20,000 bases of DNA from an uncultured virus (IMG/VR IMGVR_UViG_3300044233_005517) (lineage: Duplodnaviria > Heunggongvirae > Uroviricota > Caudoviricetes): the IMG/VR virus record IMGVR_UViG_3300044233_005517; one strand, given 5' to 3'. The notes under the pieces were generated by a model. That model made no database searches and was not told the DNA's origin. It saw nothing but the letters and a program-made list of their open reading frames with translations. Numbering within the stretch: position 1 is the first letter of the stretch; every line of letters begins with the position of its first letter. Of the stretch, positions 8,019 through 17,007 are shown piece after piece. Position numbers and translations under genes: made by a program.

Positions 8019-8291
8019 TTAATACCAAATGCTTAAATGCATTTTTTTCACTTCTTTGGTATCTTCGCCGTATTCATCAATGCATAGTGTTAACGGTTCA
8101 GATCTATTATCTGTACAACAACCAATACGTTTATTGTTCAATTTCCACTCTCTAAAAACTTGACATCCTTTTCCATCTTTAGAATGAATCTCATTTACTA
8201 ATTTAGCAGTTGAATACTCTACTCCTATTTTTCCAGATAAAAAAATGCCAATAATAATTGAGCACATTATCGCAATAAACGCATCTTTCAT
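8019..8291 (-). CDS. Membrane-anchored hypothetical protein
   Basis: N-terminal hydrophobic helix; 4 Cys in the soluble part; upstream promoter. Confidence 0.65.
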   Translation of the reverse strand: MKDAFIAIMCSIIIGIFLSGKIGVEYSTAKLVNEIHSKDGKGCQVFREWKLNNKRIGCCTDNRSEPLTLCIDEYGEDTKEVKKMHLSIWY

Positions 8292-8301
8292 TTGTACTAT
8301 A

Positions 8302-8330
8302 ATCCTATCAATTTATTTTTAATCTGTCAA
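8302..8330 (-). promoter_or_regulatory. sigma70-type promoter
   Basis: TTGACA-17-TAGGAT. Confidence 0.6.
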
Positions 8331-9236
8331 CAAAATTTTTCGATATTTTAATAAAGCAAGCTCTTTGGCTTTAGCTTCAATCATTAGATCAAACTTGTGC
8401 CCACAAGTGTCGATTGGCTTGTAGACATAATCTGAATGTGCTTGTGGTAAGCAGTCGTTTTGTTGTTCTTCTCGTCTTGATTCTGATAAGTGGCAAACTG
8501 GGGTTACATCATCCCAGCTTTCCATCGCATAATCAAGCGCCTCATCCAAGCATATAGATCCAGGGTGTAGATCATGGTGATGGTAATCAAAAACAATGGG
8601 ACTGCCAATATCCAAGTACATATATTTATAAAGTTCTTCGGTAGTAAAGAGCGAAGCTTTGTCGTCATTTTCAACTGTTAACCTTCTTTTAAGATTGTCA
8701 GACAATCTATCAAAATTTCTACAAAATCGATATGCTGTCTCTCGCTTGTCTTCGTATGCTGCGCCGATATGAATATTGATCTTGTTATAGTAACTAGGCT
8801 CAAAACCCATTAAGTCAAAAATTTCAGAGTGATGTTCCAAATCAGTCACAGTATTTTTAACAATGCGTTCTTCTTTGGCAGCAAGTTTATTGAAGGGACC
8901 AGGATGAAAAGTCAATCGTTGATTTACTTGAGTTGCATAATCACCCGCCTCTTTGAGTGCCTTGGTGATTTCTTCATAGTCGGGAAGTTGCTCAAGTTTG
9001 TATTCTGACGCCCAAGGAAAAATATTAGAGGACATACGATAAAACTTGATATCGTGCTCTTCATTCCATTGTATAATTTTAAGTAAATCTTTGCAATTTT
9101 GCAAAGCAAGTTCAGAAGCATAAGGCAAACCTTTCTCAAGAAAAGTTCGCTTAATCATGCCACGATTTGTAGTGATTCTTTTGCTTTTAGGTAAATTTGA
9201 AAAGCCCATATTAATGCAGGCATATCCCAGTCTCAT
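8319..9236 (-). CDS. uvsE: UV DNA damage endonuclease (UVDE)
   Basis: MRLGYACIN, FYRMSS, RLTFHPG, INIHIG, LTVENDD, VFDYHHH, HLSESR, AHSD, MIEAKAKE. Confidence 0.95.
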   Translation of the reverse strand: MRLGYACINMGFSNLPKSKRITTNRGMIKRTFLEKGLPYASELALQNCKDLLKIIQWNEEHDIKFYRMSSNIFPWASEYKLEQLPDYEEITKALKEAGDYATQVNQRLTFHPGPFNKLAAKEERIVKNTVTDLEHHSEIFDLMGFEPSYYNKINIHIGAAYEDKRETAYRFCRNFDRLSDNLKRRLTVENDDKASLFTTEELYKYMYLDIGSPIVFDYHHHDLHPGSICLDEALDYAMESWDDVTPVCHLSESRREEQQNDCLPQAHSDYVYKPIDTCGHKFDLMIEAKAKELALLKYRKILLTD

Positions 9237-9242
9237 ATTGGA

Positions 9243-9271
9243 ATAATACTACATTAAATGGGCTATGTCAA
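9243..9271 (-). promoter_or_regulatory. sigma70-type promoter, leaderless
   Basis: TTGACA-17-TATTAT, 6 nt before ATG 9236. Confidence 0.7.
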
Positions 9272-9282
9272 TGAAATATAGG

Positions 9283-10518
9283 CTAGAACTGCTCTTCTTC
9301 GGTAGAACCCTTAAGGGCTAAAGTTGAGGAATCTCCATCACTTACGATTTGAGAAATCTTATCAAAATAGCCTGTTCCAACTTCTCTTTGGTGCTTGACT
9401 GCGGTAAAACCATTATCAAGCTCTCCAAATTCTTTCTGTTGGAGTGCTGAATATGCAGCCATTCCAGTTTTTTCATAATCTTTTGCAAGCGTAAACATAC
9501 TATGATTAAGAGCGTGAAATCCAGCAAGAGTTACGAATTGGAATTTATATCCCATTTTTTCCAACTCTTTTTGGAATTTAGCAATTGTTTCTTTATCCAA
9601 GTGCTTTTCCCAATTAAAAGATGGAGAACAATTATAAGCCAAAAGCTTACCGGGAAATTTGGCATGAATTGCATCAGCAAACTTTTGCGCTTCTTCGAGA
9701 GAAGGGGTTGATGTCTCCAGCCACAACAGATCAGCATAAGGAGCATAAGCAAGCCCACGAGCAATGCCCATATCCAAACCACCAGTAATTTTATAAAAAC
9801 CTTCTGGGGTTCTTTCGCCGGTCATAAATGGATGGTCTCTTTCATCTACATCAGAAGTGATTAGTTTTGCAGAGTTTGCGTCAGTTCTTGCAATCAAAAC
9901 TGTCGGCACATCACACACGTCGGCAGCCAATCTTGCAGAAACAAGCGTTTTAATAAACTGCTTTGTCGGCACAAGAACCTTGCCTCCCATATGTCCGCAT
10001 TTCTTTTCTGAAGCTAACTGATCTTCAAAATGAACACCAGCAGCACCAGCTTCAATCATGCCCTTCATTAGCTCATATGCATTAAGAGGACCACCAAAGC
10101 CTGCTTCAGCGTCGGCAACAATAGGGACATAATAATCATGTTGTACACCACCCTCAACACTCTCAAGCTGATCAGCTCTCTGGAATGCTTTATTAATTTT
10201 TTTAACAACAGCAGGGACAGAGTTTGCAGGGTAAAGAGATTGGTCAGGATACATATCCCCAGCAAGATTTGCGTCAGCAGCTACTTGCCAACCGCTCAAA
10301 TAAATTGCCTTAAGTCCTGCTTTTACTTGCTGAACAGCTTGGTTTCCTGTGAGAGCACCAAGACTGCGAACGGCATCTTTTTCGTGCAAAAGCTCCCATA
10401 GTTTATTAGCTCCATCTTTTGCTAATGTATATTCAATTTTTTTGCTGCCCCTCAAGGAAAGCACCTCTTCTTTAATATATGGGCGCTCAATGCCATCCCA
10501 TCTATATGGTAATACCAT
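9283..10518 (-). CDS. aceA: Isocitrate lyase
   Basis: [30 protein letters not shown], catalytic [40 protein letters not shown]. Confidence 0.98.
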   Translation of the reverse strand: MVLPYRWDGIERPYIKEEVLSLRGSKKIEYTLAKDGANKLWELLHEKDAVRSLGALTGNQAVQQVKAGLKAIYLSGWQVAADANLAGDMYPDQSLYPANSVPAVVKKINKAFQRADQLESVEGGVQHDYYVPIVADAEAGFGGPLNAYELMKGMIEAGAAGVHFEDQLASEKKCGHMGGKVLVPTKQFIKTLVSARLAADVCDVPTVLIARTDANSAKLITSDVDERDHPFMTGERTPEGFYKITGGLDMGIARGLAYAPYADLLWLETSTPSLEEAQKFADAIHAKFPGKLLAYNCSPSFNWEKHLDKETIAKFQKELEKMGYKFQFVTLAGFHALNHSMFTLAKDYEKTGMAAYSALQQKEFGELDNGFTAVKHQREVGTGYFDKISQIVSDGDSSTLALKGSTEEEQF

Positions 10519-10532
10519 ATTATACTCCTTCT

Positions 10533-12074
10533 TTAGTTAATTAATTCGTAACACTTTGGTGTCAAGAAATCGTCTAGATTATCTGATAAACACATCTCTT
10601 TTGTCAAGTTAAAAGTTGCTTCATAGTTTTCTAAATTGCTATATTTTTCTAATTCTTCTCTCAATACTTGATTAAGGTGTGCGTCATTTAATACAATTCG
10701 GTTATCAAGAATAACTTCATGATGTTTCCATTGCCAGATTTGCGCTCTTGATATTTCTGCCGTAGCTGCATCTTCCATAAGATTATTAATCGGAACACAG
10801 CCATTTCCATTAATCCAGGAATTCATATACAAAAACATTATGTTAATATTTTCTCTTAACATCTTTTCGGTACAAACACCAACTGGAGAGGTTATTAAGT
10901 CACCAACAGAAATATGTCTTGTGAGTGTCTTTTTTCTGCTTATTTGATTTGGCTTATCCATATGGGCATCGAAGACTTCTTTAGCAATAGGAACGAGACC
11001 TGGATGTGCAACCCAAGTTCCATCATGACCTTCTAGAACCTCACGTAATTTATCAGCACGAACTTTATTCATAGCTGCTTCATTTGCTTCTGGATCGTTT
11101 TTGATTGGGATTTGAGCAGCCATACCACCCATAGCATGAACTCCGCGCCTATGACAAATATCAATTAATAATTGAGAATAAGATTTCATAAAATGAGAAT
11201 CCATTCCAACCGTAGAACGATCAGGCAAAACAAAGTTTTTATCGTGTTTAAAGCATTTAATATAAGAAAAGATATAATCCCATCTGCCACAGTTTAGTCC
11301 AGCTGAATGTTGCTGAAGTTCATATAAGATCTCTTCCATTTGAAAAACAGCAGGAAGGGTCTCAATAAGGACCGTTGCCTTTATCAATCCAATATTAATA
11401 TCAACATAATCTTGAGCAAATTTAAACACATCATTCCACAATCTTGCTTCTCTTGCATGTTCCAACTTGGGCAGATAAAAATAAGGACGAGTCCCGTTTT
11501 CTAAAAGTGTTTTATAATTATTAATGAAGTATGTTCCAAAATCAAAAAGAGAAGCGCGTATCGGACTATCATCAACAAGATAATTTTTCTCTAGTAGATG
11601 AAGACCTCTTGGTCTCACAAACAGAACAGATGTTTTGTCATTTAAACTATACTTCTTTCCATTTTTTGGGTTTGTATATTCTATGGTTCTTTCTACAGCG
11701 TCACGAAGATTAATCTGTCCTTGAATACAGTTTTCCCACGTAGGGCAGTTAGAATCTTCAAGGTCTGACATATAAACATTAGCACCAGAATTAAGAGCAT
11801 TAATGATCATTTTCCTTACTGGAGGTCCCGTTATTTCTACACGACGATCTTTAATATCTTCTGGGCATGGCTCACATTTCCAACCTTCATCAGCTTTATC
11901 AATCTTGGATCTTGGATCGTCTATCTTGATTGAAGAATTATTTTGTAATTCACTATAGAATTCTTGTCTTTTGTTTAATAAAGAATTTATTCTATCGTCA
12001 AATTTGTTGTGAAGTTCGTTTAAAAATTTTTTTGTTTCGTTTGTTAATATAGAGTCTACTATTTCTTGATTCAT
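10533..12074 (-). CDS. aceB: Malate synthase A
   Basis: [74 protein letters not shown]. Confidence 0.98.
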   Translation of the reverse strand: MNQEIVDSILTNETKKFLNELHNKFDDRINSLLNKRQEFYSELQNNSSIKIDDPRSKIDKADEGWKCEPCPEDIKDRRVEITGPPVRKMIINALNSGANVYMSDLEDSNCPTWENCIQGQINLRDAVERTIEYTNPKNGKKYSLNDKTSVLFVRPRGLHLLEKNYLVDDSPIRASLFDFGTYFINNYKTLLENGTRPYFYLPKLEHAREARLWNDVFKFAQDYVDINIGLIKATVLIETLPAVFQMEEILYELQQHSAGLNCGRWDYIFSYIKCFKHDKNFVLPDRSTVGMDSHFMKSYSQLLIDICHRRGVHAMGGMAAQIPIKNDPEANEAAMNKVRADKLREVLEGHDGTWVAHPGLVPIAKEVFDAHMDKPNQISRKKTLTRHISVGDLITSPVGVCTEKMLRENINIMFLYMNSWINGNGCVPINNLMEDAATAEISRAQIWQWKHHEVILDNRIVLNDAHLNQVLREELEKYSNLENYEATFNLTKEMCLSDNLDDFLTPKCYELIN

Positions 12075-12484
12075 TTCTTGCCTTTCGGATGTCTTATTTC
12101 ATAGTAATAATATTTTATTGCATGGTCTTTACATAATGTTTTATAGTTTGACCAATGTAACCATTTAGAGGAGCAATAAATTTTTCCTTTATCACCACAA
12201 GTTTCGCAAGTATAATAGCTTATTCTTTGAGCAAAATCAATTATTTTTTTTAGATGTCGGTCAACTGGTTCATATTCAACGTTTAATACTCCAAATTTAG
12301 TTTCAATTTTAGTAATTTTAAAATCGTCATATCTTCCGTCATCAAATTCATTTATAAAAAAATCCAAAGACATGCACATGTCTTGGATTATGGCATTCCA
12401 ACCAAGACCGCTCTCTATAATCAGGTCTTTGTCGAATAAGTGTCCATAATTTTTTATAATATCTAAATTTTTCACAATTGCCAC
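12071..12484 (-). CDS. Conserved phage-type hypothetical protein with Cys/His Zn-binding C-terminus
   Basis: GW..II...KIETKFGVLNVEY...SYYTCETCG..G...TLCKDH; stop overlaps the aceB start (ATGA). Confidence 0.7.
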   Translation of the reverse strand: MAIVKNLDIIKNYGHLFDKDLIIESGLGWNAIIQDMCMSLDFFINEFDDGRYDDFKITKIETKFGVLNVEYEPVDRHLKKIIDFAQRISYYTCETCGDKGKIYCSSKWLHWSNYKTLCKDHAIKYYYYEIRHPKGKK

Positions 12485-12503
12485 ATACTAATTATAAAGC
12501 AGA

Positions 12504-12535
12504 AACAAAAAAAGGGAAGGTCCGAAGACCTTCCC
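12504..12535 (-). terminator. Rho-independent terminator with cUUCGg tetraloop
   Basis: GGGAAGGTC-TTCG-GACCTTCCC followed by TTTTTTTGTTT. Confidence 0.92.
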
Positions 12536-12591
12536 CTCAAAATCATTGTGACTTTTGTTTACTTTTTAAAGAAGAAATATAATTTTTTTAT

Positions 12592-12873
12592 TTAACCAGA
12601 AACTTTGGTCGTTGGGAATCGACCACGAACGTTTTGGTTAAAGAAACGACCCTGGGAAGTCGCGTTTGTAAGTTCAGTCACAACCTTTTGTGGTACGCCA
12701 GTGAAAGCGTATGTTTGACCCTTTGACATAGAGACAGTTAGCTTTTCTGCTCCTGCGTCATAGGATACGTTTGAGATGAGTGATGATTTAGTGTTAGACA
12801 TATTTTGTTTCTCCTTGTTTGCGCCGAAGCGCTCCTTAATTGTTGATGTTATCTTACTATAAAGATTTTTCAT
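12592..12873 (-). CDS. KTSC-domain protein
   Basis: SSLISNVSYD...LTVSM..GQTYAFTGVP..V..L..ATSQGRFFNQNVRGRF. Two in-frame starts (12873 with GAGG; 12801 with AAGGAG). Confidence 0.85.
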   Translation of the reverse strand: MKNLYSKITSTIKERFGANKEKQNMSNTKSSLISNVSYDAGAEKLTVSMSKGQTYAFTGVPQKVVTELTNATSQGRFFNQNVRGRFPTTKVSG

Positions 12874-12897
12874 TGTCAACCTCTTTTTTTATTTTTT

Positions 12898-13095
12898 TTA
12901 CTTACCGAGACTTTTTGCTTGGTCGGTAGAATAAACATAGGTATACGCACCTTTGTTATAAGCTGGGGCAACAGAACGGCATTTTCGCAAAGTTTCACGG
13001 GTTGCCGCAATGTCACCACAACCAAGGCACGTTTTATACCCAAGTTCTGCTCGTTTTTTATTAAATTTGTTTGAACATTTAATACAACTCGACAT
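12898..13095 (-). CDS. DksA/TraR-like C4 zinc-finger protein
   Basis: CIKC...RAELGYKTCLGC; ATG 13095 lies 7 nt after a -10 box. Confidence 0.6.
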   Translation of the reverse strand: MSSCIKCSNKFNKKRAELGYKTCLGCGDIAATRETLRKCRSVAPAYNKGAYTYVYSTDQAKSLGK

Positions 13096-13102
13096 TGAAA
13101 GC

Positions 13103-13131
13103 ATGATACCAAGGGGGGCGGGGCATGTCAA
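13103..13131 (-). promoter_or_regulatory. sigma70-type promoter, leaderless
   Basis: TTGACA-17-TATCAT with TGn extension. Confidence 0.75.
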
Positions 13132-13198
13132 GTTTTTTATGAAAATAATGCAGTTTTTTATATTCAGGCTTCGCTTCGCGCCGCGCCGGTAAATTTCT

Positions 13199-13441
13199 CT
13201 AGGGGTTTTTTACTAATTTTATGTCTTTAGTGCTATAAACGCCGGTTGTACCATCAGTAAATCGAATTTTCCACGTTTCATAGCCAGGGGAGGTTCTAAA
13301 GTCGTGCCCGTGAAGAGGATAAAGCACAATTGCCCAATCTTTAGGGTCATTATGAGGCTCATCCCACTCAAATTGTGGAGATTCCCAATAACTAATCCTT
13401 TTTACCTTTACAAGTGATCCTTTTTTGATTATTTTATTCAT
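13199..13441 (-). CDS. GDLV-family SH3/KOW-like small protein
   Basis: IKKGSLVKV...WAIVL...WKIRF...IKLV. Confidence 0.65.
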   Translation of the reverse strand: MNKIIKKGSLVKVKRISYWESPQFEWDEPHNDPKDWAIVLYPLHGHDFRTSPGYETWKIRFTDGTTGVYSTKDIKLVKNP

Positions 13442-13452
13442 AATCTCAAATA

Positions 13453-13677
13453 TTAACACTCTTTAACTAATGTTATCTCATCTATACCCAAAAATACAGT
13501 ACTTTGTGCCGCAAACTTAACTTTATATCCAGTCATATTTAATTTTTCCATGACTTCGGACACAATGATACCGTTTTGACCCAAATATTGTTCACCTACC
13601 GGATTATTGGCAAAAGTTGCTTCACCCCATGTGGATAACTTAACTAAATCACCAAAATTAAAGATTTTATCATCCAT
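13453..13677 (-). CDS. GDLV-family SH3/KOW-like small protein
   Basis: FNFGDLVKL...GIIV...YKVKF...ITLV; likely start 13677. Confidence 0.7.
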   Translation of the reverse strand: MDDKIFNFGDLVKLSTWGEATFANNPVGEQYLGQNGIIVSEVMEKLNMTGYKVKFAAQSTVFLGIDEITLVKEC

Positions 13678-13876
13678 TTTTGCTAAAAGCCTCGCATTTT
13701 GCACGATTTTCCACCCAAGTTGCAAATTTTTGACGCAAACTTGTTAAGTGGTCATACTTCCATCGCTCTCGCTCGCTTAATTTAGTCACATCTTGGCGAA
13801 TATAGCGTTCGATTTCGTTATAAACTGCCCAATCAAGCATTAGCAGCTCTTCTTCGTTTAAATTATCAAAGTTCAT
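13670..13876 (-). CDS. Hypothetical helical protein
   Basis: 68 aa, coupled to both neighbours. Confidence 0.65.
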   Translation of the reverse strand: MNFDNLNEEELLMLDWAVYNEIERYIRQDVTKLSERERWKYDHLTSLRQKFATWVENRAKCEAFSKNG

Positions 13877-14160
13877 TACTCTGCCCGTGAACGAATATCA
13901 CGCAGATTGCCTTCTTTATCGAAAGTTGCTTCAATATAGCCGCCATCAAAGGTTAGCATATAATCGTTCCACTCGTCCCAATCTAAATTTGCTCGTTTTA
14001 ATAGTTCTAATAGAACTTCTTTATCTGTTTTTTCCATAAAAGAGTATTTTAACTCATCCTCCAGTAAATCTTGACGCATTTTAAGCGCAAATTTTAACAT
14101 TATTAAAAATATAAGACCAAGCGTCCACAACATTTCAGAAGTAAACACTTGAAAGATCAT
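13876..14160 (-). CDS. Hypothetical protein with N-terminal transmembrane helix
   Basis: MLWTLGLIFLIMLKFAL hydrophobic segment. Confidence 0.65.
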   Translation of the reverse strand: MIFQVFTSEMLWTLGLIFLIMLKFALKMRQDLLEDELKYSFMEKTDKEVLLELLKRANLDWDEWNDYMLTFDGGYIEATFDKEGNLRDIRSRAE

Positions 14161-14162
14161 TA

Positions 14163-14396
14163 TTACGACCGTTCCTTGGTCAATTCAAACTCGGCTTCCT
14201 CCCAGTAGAGTTCTTTGCATTGTTCATTCACATATAAAACATAAATGGGCTTACTTTTATCATATGAAAGGTGATAATCGATTTCAGGTCCAGTTAAAAT
14301 TTGAGAAATAACTGCTACAGAGCCATGAAGTCTTTCAGGAACAGACTCAACCTTTTTAAACCTTACTAAATCGCCAATTTTATATTTATGAGCCAT
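14163..14396 (-). CDS. GDLV-family SH3/KOW-like small protein
   Basis: YKIGDLVRF. Confidence 0.75.
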   Translation of the reverse strand: MAHKYKIGDLVRFKKVESVPERLHGSVAVISQILTGPEIDYHLSYDKSKPIYVLYVNEQCKELYWEEAEFELTKERS

Positions 14397-14643
14397 TTAC
14401 ATCTGCCCTCGAAAGAAGTTTTAATTGATTGTCGGTATACCATCCGTTACTTCGTCCTACATCACACCAGTTTATTTGATAAATGCCGGTTGTTCGCGTC
14501 TGCACAGTTGTGACTTCCACAACCTTCACAAAACCAATCCAACGATTATATTCAATATTGCTTTCAGCTTCTCTCCATCCAGGAATATATTCAACCAAGT
14601 CACCAATTTTAAACTTTGGTTGATGATATGATTTCAAACTCAT
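14386..14643 (-). CDS. GDLV-family SH3/KOW-like small protein
   Basis: FKIGDLVEY...YQINW...LKLLSRA. Confidence 0.75.
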   Translation of the reverse strand: MSLKSYHQPKFKIGDLVEYIPGWREAESNIEYNRWIGFVKVVEVTTVQTRTTGIYQINWCDVGRSNGWYTDNQLKLLSRADVNGS

Positions 14644-14854
14644 TTCGATTTAAAATCCTTGTTTGATCAGTTGTGGCGAATCGCACCCTATAATTGTATT
14701 GGAATGGTTTTTCTGTACCAGATTCATCAACATTTGACCACTTTTTGCGAACAAGAATAACACCAATATCACCTTTTTTAAGCCAGTCCCACACAGGGTC
14801 TACAATTCTAATTAGATCGCCAACATCGGCAACGTCTTTATTCAGCATTATCAT
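14609..14854 (-). CDS. GDLV-family SH3/KOW-like small protein
   Basis: DVGDLIRI...GDIGVIL...YRVRF...FEII. Confidence 0.75.
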   Translation of the reverse strand: MIMLNKDVADVGDLIRIVDPVWDWLKKGDIGVILVRKKWSNVDESGTEKPFQYNYRVRFATTDQTRILNRNEFEIISSTKV

Positions 14855-15068
14855 TTCCTCTCGCTAAAATCTTTAAGTACCAACGGGTTTTTGGATCAAC
14901 GCGAATCCACTCATTCGCAGTCCATCCACCCCATTTCACAAGAACATCATATTCGTTGTGAGGTTGGGGCTTTAAATCTATAACAACACCCGTTTCGCCA
15001 TCTCCGTAAACAGAATCATTTCTTATTAAATCGCCAATCTTATGACGTTTAAGCTCGTGCTTGTTCAT
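14838..15068 (-). CDS. GDLV-family SH3/KOW-like small protein
   Basis: HKIGDLIRN...GVVID...LVKW...LKILARG. Confidence 0.75.
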   Translation of the reverse strand: MNKHELKRHKIGDLIRNDSVYGDGETGVVIDLKPQPHNEYDVLVKWGGWTANEWIRVDPKTRWYLKILARGNDNAE

Positions 15069-15267
15069 TGTTGCTCCGTTTTATCAAAACTACGTTATAT
15101 ATTGGGCGAACAATCGGGCGAGGCTTATAGGTCCATTTGATCTTTGCCCAACCCATATCACCAAAGAGCGAAACACAAACACCGTAAACCTCGTGAACAG
15201 GATTAAAAACTAAATCGCCAATTTTGGGATATTCGCCGTCTTTGTATGTTTTATGAAGTGTATCCAC
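15049..15267 (-). CDS. GDLV-family SH3/KOW-like small protein
   Basis: PKIGDLVFN...GVCV...KIKW; likely GTG start 15267 after CGAGGG. Confidence 0.7.
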   Translation of the reverse strand: MDTLHKTYKDGEYPKIGDLVFNPVHEVYGVCVSLFGDMGWAKIKWTYKPRPIVRPIYNVVLIKRSNNEQARA

Positions 15268-15460
15268 ATTGCCCTCGCGCAATTAGATAAAGATTGTTTT
15301 CTTTAATCCAATATTCTTGCTCATTGTTCCACAAACATCGATACTTGGTTGTACGACCAACCTTGATTGACATTGTGACAATACCATAGCCATGTGTTTC
15401 AGTGGCTTCAAACTTCTTTTCTCTTACGAGATCTCCTACTTTAAATCTAAACTTGTTCAT
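15251..15460 (-). CDS. GDLV-family SH3/KOW-like small protein
   Basis: FKVGDLVRE...GIVT...YRCLW...LYLIARG. Confidence 0.75.
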   Translation of the reverse strand: MNKFRFKVGDLVREKKFEATETHGYGIVTMSIKVGRTTKYRCLWNNEQEYWIKENNLYLIARGQCGYTS

Positions 15461-15668
15461 CTTTATTTATTTTTATTAACTTATCGGAGGTCGTCCAAAA
15501 AGTGCCGTAGTCTAGCCAATGCACCTTTACTTGATCAAAAAAGTTTTCTTTGTCAACCTCCACAACAACACCCCAGCTTTTATATCCGTTTGGGTGTCGC
15601 GAGTTCTCCTTAACTAAATCACCAACCTTAAGACCCTGAAAGTCAAATTTAAGCTGTGTTTTCGACAT
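15447..15668 (-). CDS. GDLV-family SH3/KOW-like small protein
   Basis: LKVGDLVKE...GVVVEV...VKVHW; likely start 15668. Confidence 0.75.
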   Translation of the reverse strand: MSKTQLKFDFQGLKVGDLVKENSRHPNGYKSWGVVVEVDKENFFDQVKVHWLDYGTFWTTSDKLIKINKDEQV

Positions 15669-15873
15669 TCTTGGTTCCTTCGGCAATAATATATAGATTT
15701 GTGTTCTTTTCTGAAACATATTGCCCAGTATTGACCCAGCGAATAACCGAGTTATGCGGAAATGCCCTGACAACAACGCCGAATCCAACAAGTTCGTTAT
15801 TCACATCTCCAACAAACCCAACTAAATCGCCCACACTTGTTGGGCAAGTCATTTTCGCGAGTGGTCGCTTCAT
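15649..15873 (-). CDS. GDLV-family SH3/KOW-like small protein
   Basis: SVGDLVGF...GVVV...VIRW...LYIIAEG; ATGA overlap start 15873. Confidence 0.75.
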   Translation of the reverse strand: MKRPLAKMTCPTSVGDLVGFVGDVNNELVGFGVVVRAFPHNSVIRWVNTGQYVSEKNTNLYIIAEGTKNVENTA

Positions 15874-16067
15874 GCTACCTTCTCCAAGTCCCACTCACTA
15901 AACCTTACAGTGTGACCAGATGTTAGTCTAACAAGGTATGGATAGTTTCGCGCCTTATAGTTGACATCGATGCAAACTCCATAAAGGTCATTTTCCAGCT
16001 GATTAAGGATTTTTACCAAGTCTCCTGGAAATACTTCGTCTTCTGAAAAGTTTATGCCCATTAACAT
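15870..16067 (-). CDS. GDLV-family SH3/KOW-like small protein
   Basis: FPGDLVKI...GVCID...YLVRL...LEKVA; start 16067 or 16061. Confidence 0.7.
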   Translation of the reverse strand: MLMGINFSEDEVFPGDLVKILNQLENDLYGVCIDVNYKARNYPYLVRLTSGHTVRFSEWDLEKVA

Positions 16068-16270
16068 GTCTTCACCATCCTTAAACGAGTGCTTGAATAG
16101 CATTGTTCATCTGTGTTTGGACCACCTGCCCAATATACACGAACGAACTGCTCAATACCTGTTAGATCCCAATCTTCAACATTAATAACAATCCCTATCG
16201 TTCCCATCGGTGGATGACGGTTTGGATGATATGTTGCGTCCAATTTTACTAAATCTCCAATCTTAAACAT
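16061..16270 (-). CDS. GDLV-family SH3/KOW-like small protein
   Basis: MFKIGDLVKL...GIVIN...VRVYW...LRMV; TAATG coupling. Confidence 0.75.
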   Translation of the reverse strand: MFKIGDLVKLDATYHPNRHPPMGTIGIVINVEDWDLTGIEQFVRVYWAGGPNTDEQCYSSTRLRMVKTC

Positions 16271-16455
16271 TATGCCCTCGTAAGATTTTCTAAAAGTTTT
16301 GTGGGATACCAATCTTCAGTGCCACAGCTCCAACGAACCAGACAGATTTCCCATGAAACGCCCTCTTCCGCGCTCAAGACAACGCCTCGCTCTCCTGCAT
16401 CAAACATGGAATTTTCTTTTAAGTTCCATATTACTAAATCGCCTACTCTAAACAT
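16270..16455 (-). CDS. GDLV-family SH3/KOW-like small protein
   Basis: MFRVGDLVIW...GVVL...LVRW...LLENLTRA. Confidence 0.75.
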   Translation of the reverse strand: MFRVGDLVIWNLKENSMFDAGERGVVLSAEEGVSWEICLVRWSCGTEDWYPTKLLENLTRA

Positions 16456-16693
16456 TGTTTGCCCTCGCTAATACTTCTGTTTTTTCCCAAGATGTTTCAC
16501 CGTGTATAATTGACAGTGGTGCGTTACATGTCCAATTGATTAGCGCATAACGTTGCAGCGGTCTTGTAATGCTGTCTGCGCTTTCTCCTATTTCTATCAC
16601 AACACCTATCTCTGGCTTGTCACCCGCAAGTATGTCATACTCATTTGGATTCCATCTCACCAAGTCGCCCACTTTAAATTTATTATAATCCAT
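16448..16693 (-). CDS. GDLV-family SH3/KOW-like small protein
   Basis: FKVGDLVRW...GVVIE...LINW...EVLARA. Confidence 0.75.
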   Translation of the reverse strand: MDYNKFKVGDLVRWNPNEYDILAGDKPEIGVVIEIGESADSITRPLQRYALINWTCNAPLSIIHGETSWEKTEVLARANNV

Positions 16694-16930
16694 TTATGCT
16701 GCCTGAACAACATCAAGGTCAATGTCGTGATAAATCCAATATTTGCCTTGAACAAGTCCATGTCCGATTCCTGCCCACTTAACATAAACAAGGTGACTGC
16801 AAGACTCATCCATGCATTCGGTATGATCTACTTCTTCTGAATGAATCACAAGACCGACAGTATCTCTTTGAATGTCATCAATGTAATTGAGAGTGGTTTC
16901 TTTTAGTTTTACAAGACTTCCGACTTTCAT
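16694..16930 (-). CDS. GDLV-family SH3/KOW-like small protein
   Basis: MKVGSLVKL...GLVI...YVKW...LDVV. Confidence 0.75.
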   Translation of the reverse strand: MKVGSLVKLKETTLNYIDDIQRDTVGLVIHSEEVDHTECMDESCSHLVYVKWAGIGHGLVQGKYWIYHDIDLDVVQAA

Positions 16931-16936
16931 GCCCTT

Positions 16937-16965
16937 ATTATATGTAATTAAATAAGGTTTGTCAA
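16937..16965 (-). promoter_or_regulatory. sigma70-type promoter, leaderless
   Basis: TTGACA-17-TATAAT, 6 nt before ATG 16930. Confidence 0.85.
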
Positions 16966-17007
16966 TTGGTAATTTCCCTAAATCTGAAAATTTTTTTGGG
17001 GGATTTT

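Noticed and set aside
2488..10265. Nested minus-strand ORFs (2488..2757, 4620..4817, 4869..5087, 8924..9139, 9342..9527, 9531..9782, 10068..10265)
   Set aside because: Out-of-frame ORFs inside conserved genes, with no independent support
12876..13112. 78-aa alternative-frame ORF
   Set aside because: Overlaps the C4 Zn-finger ORF and starts inside the promoter
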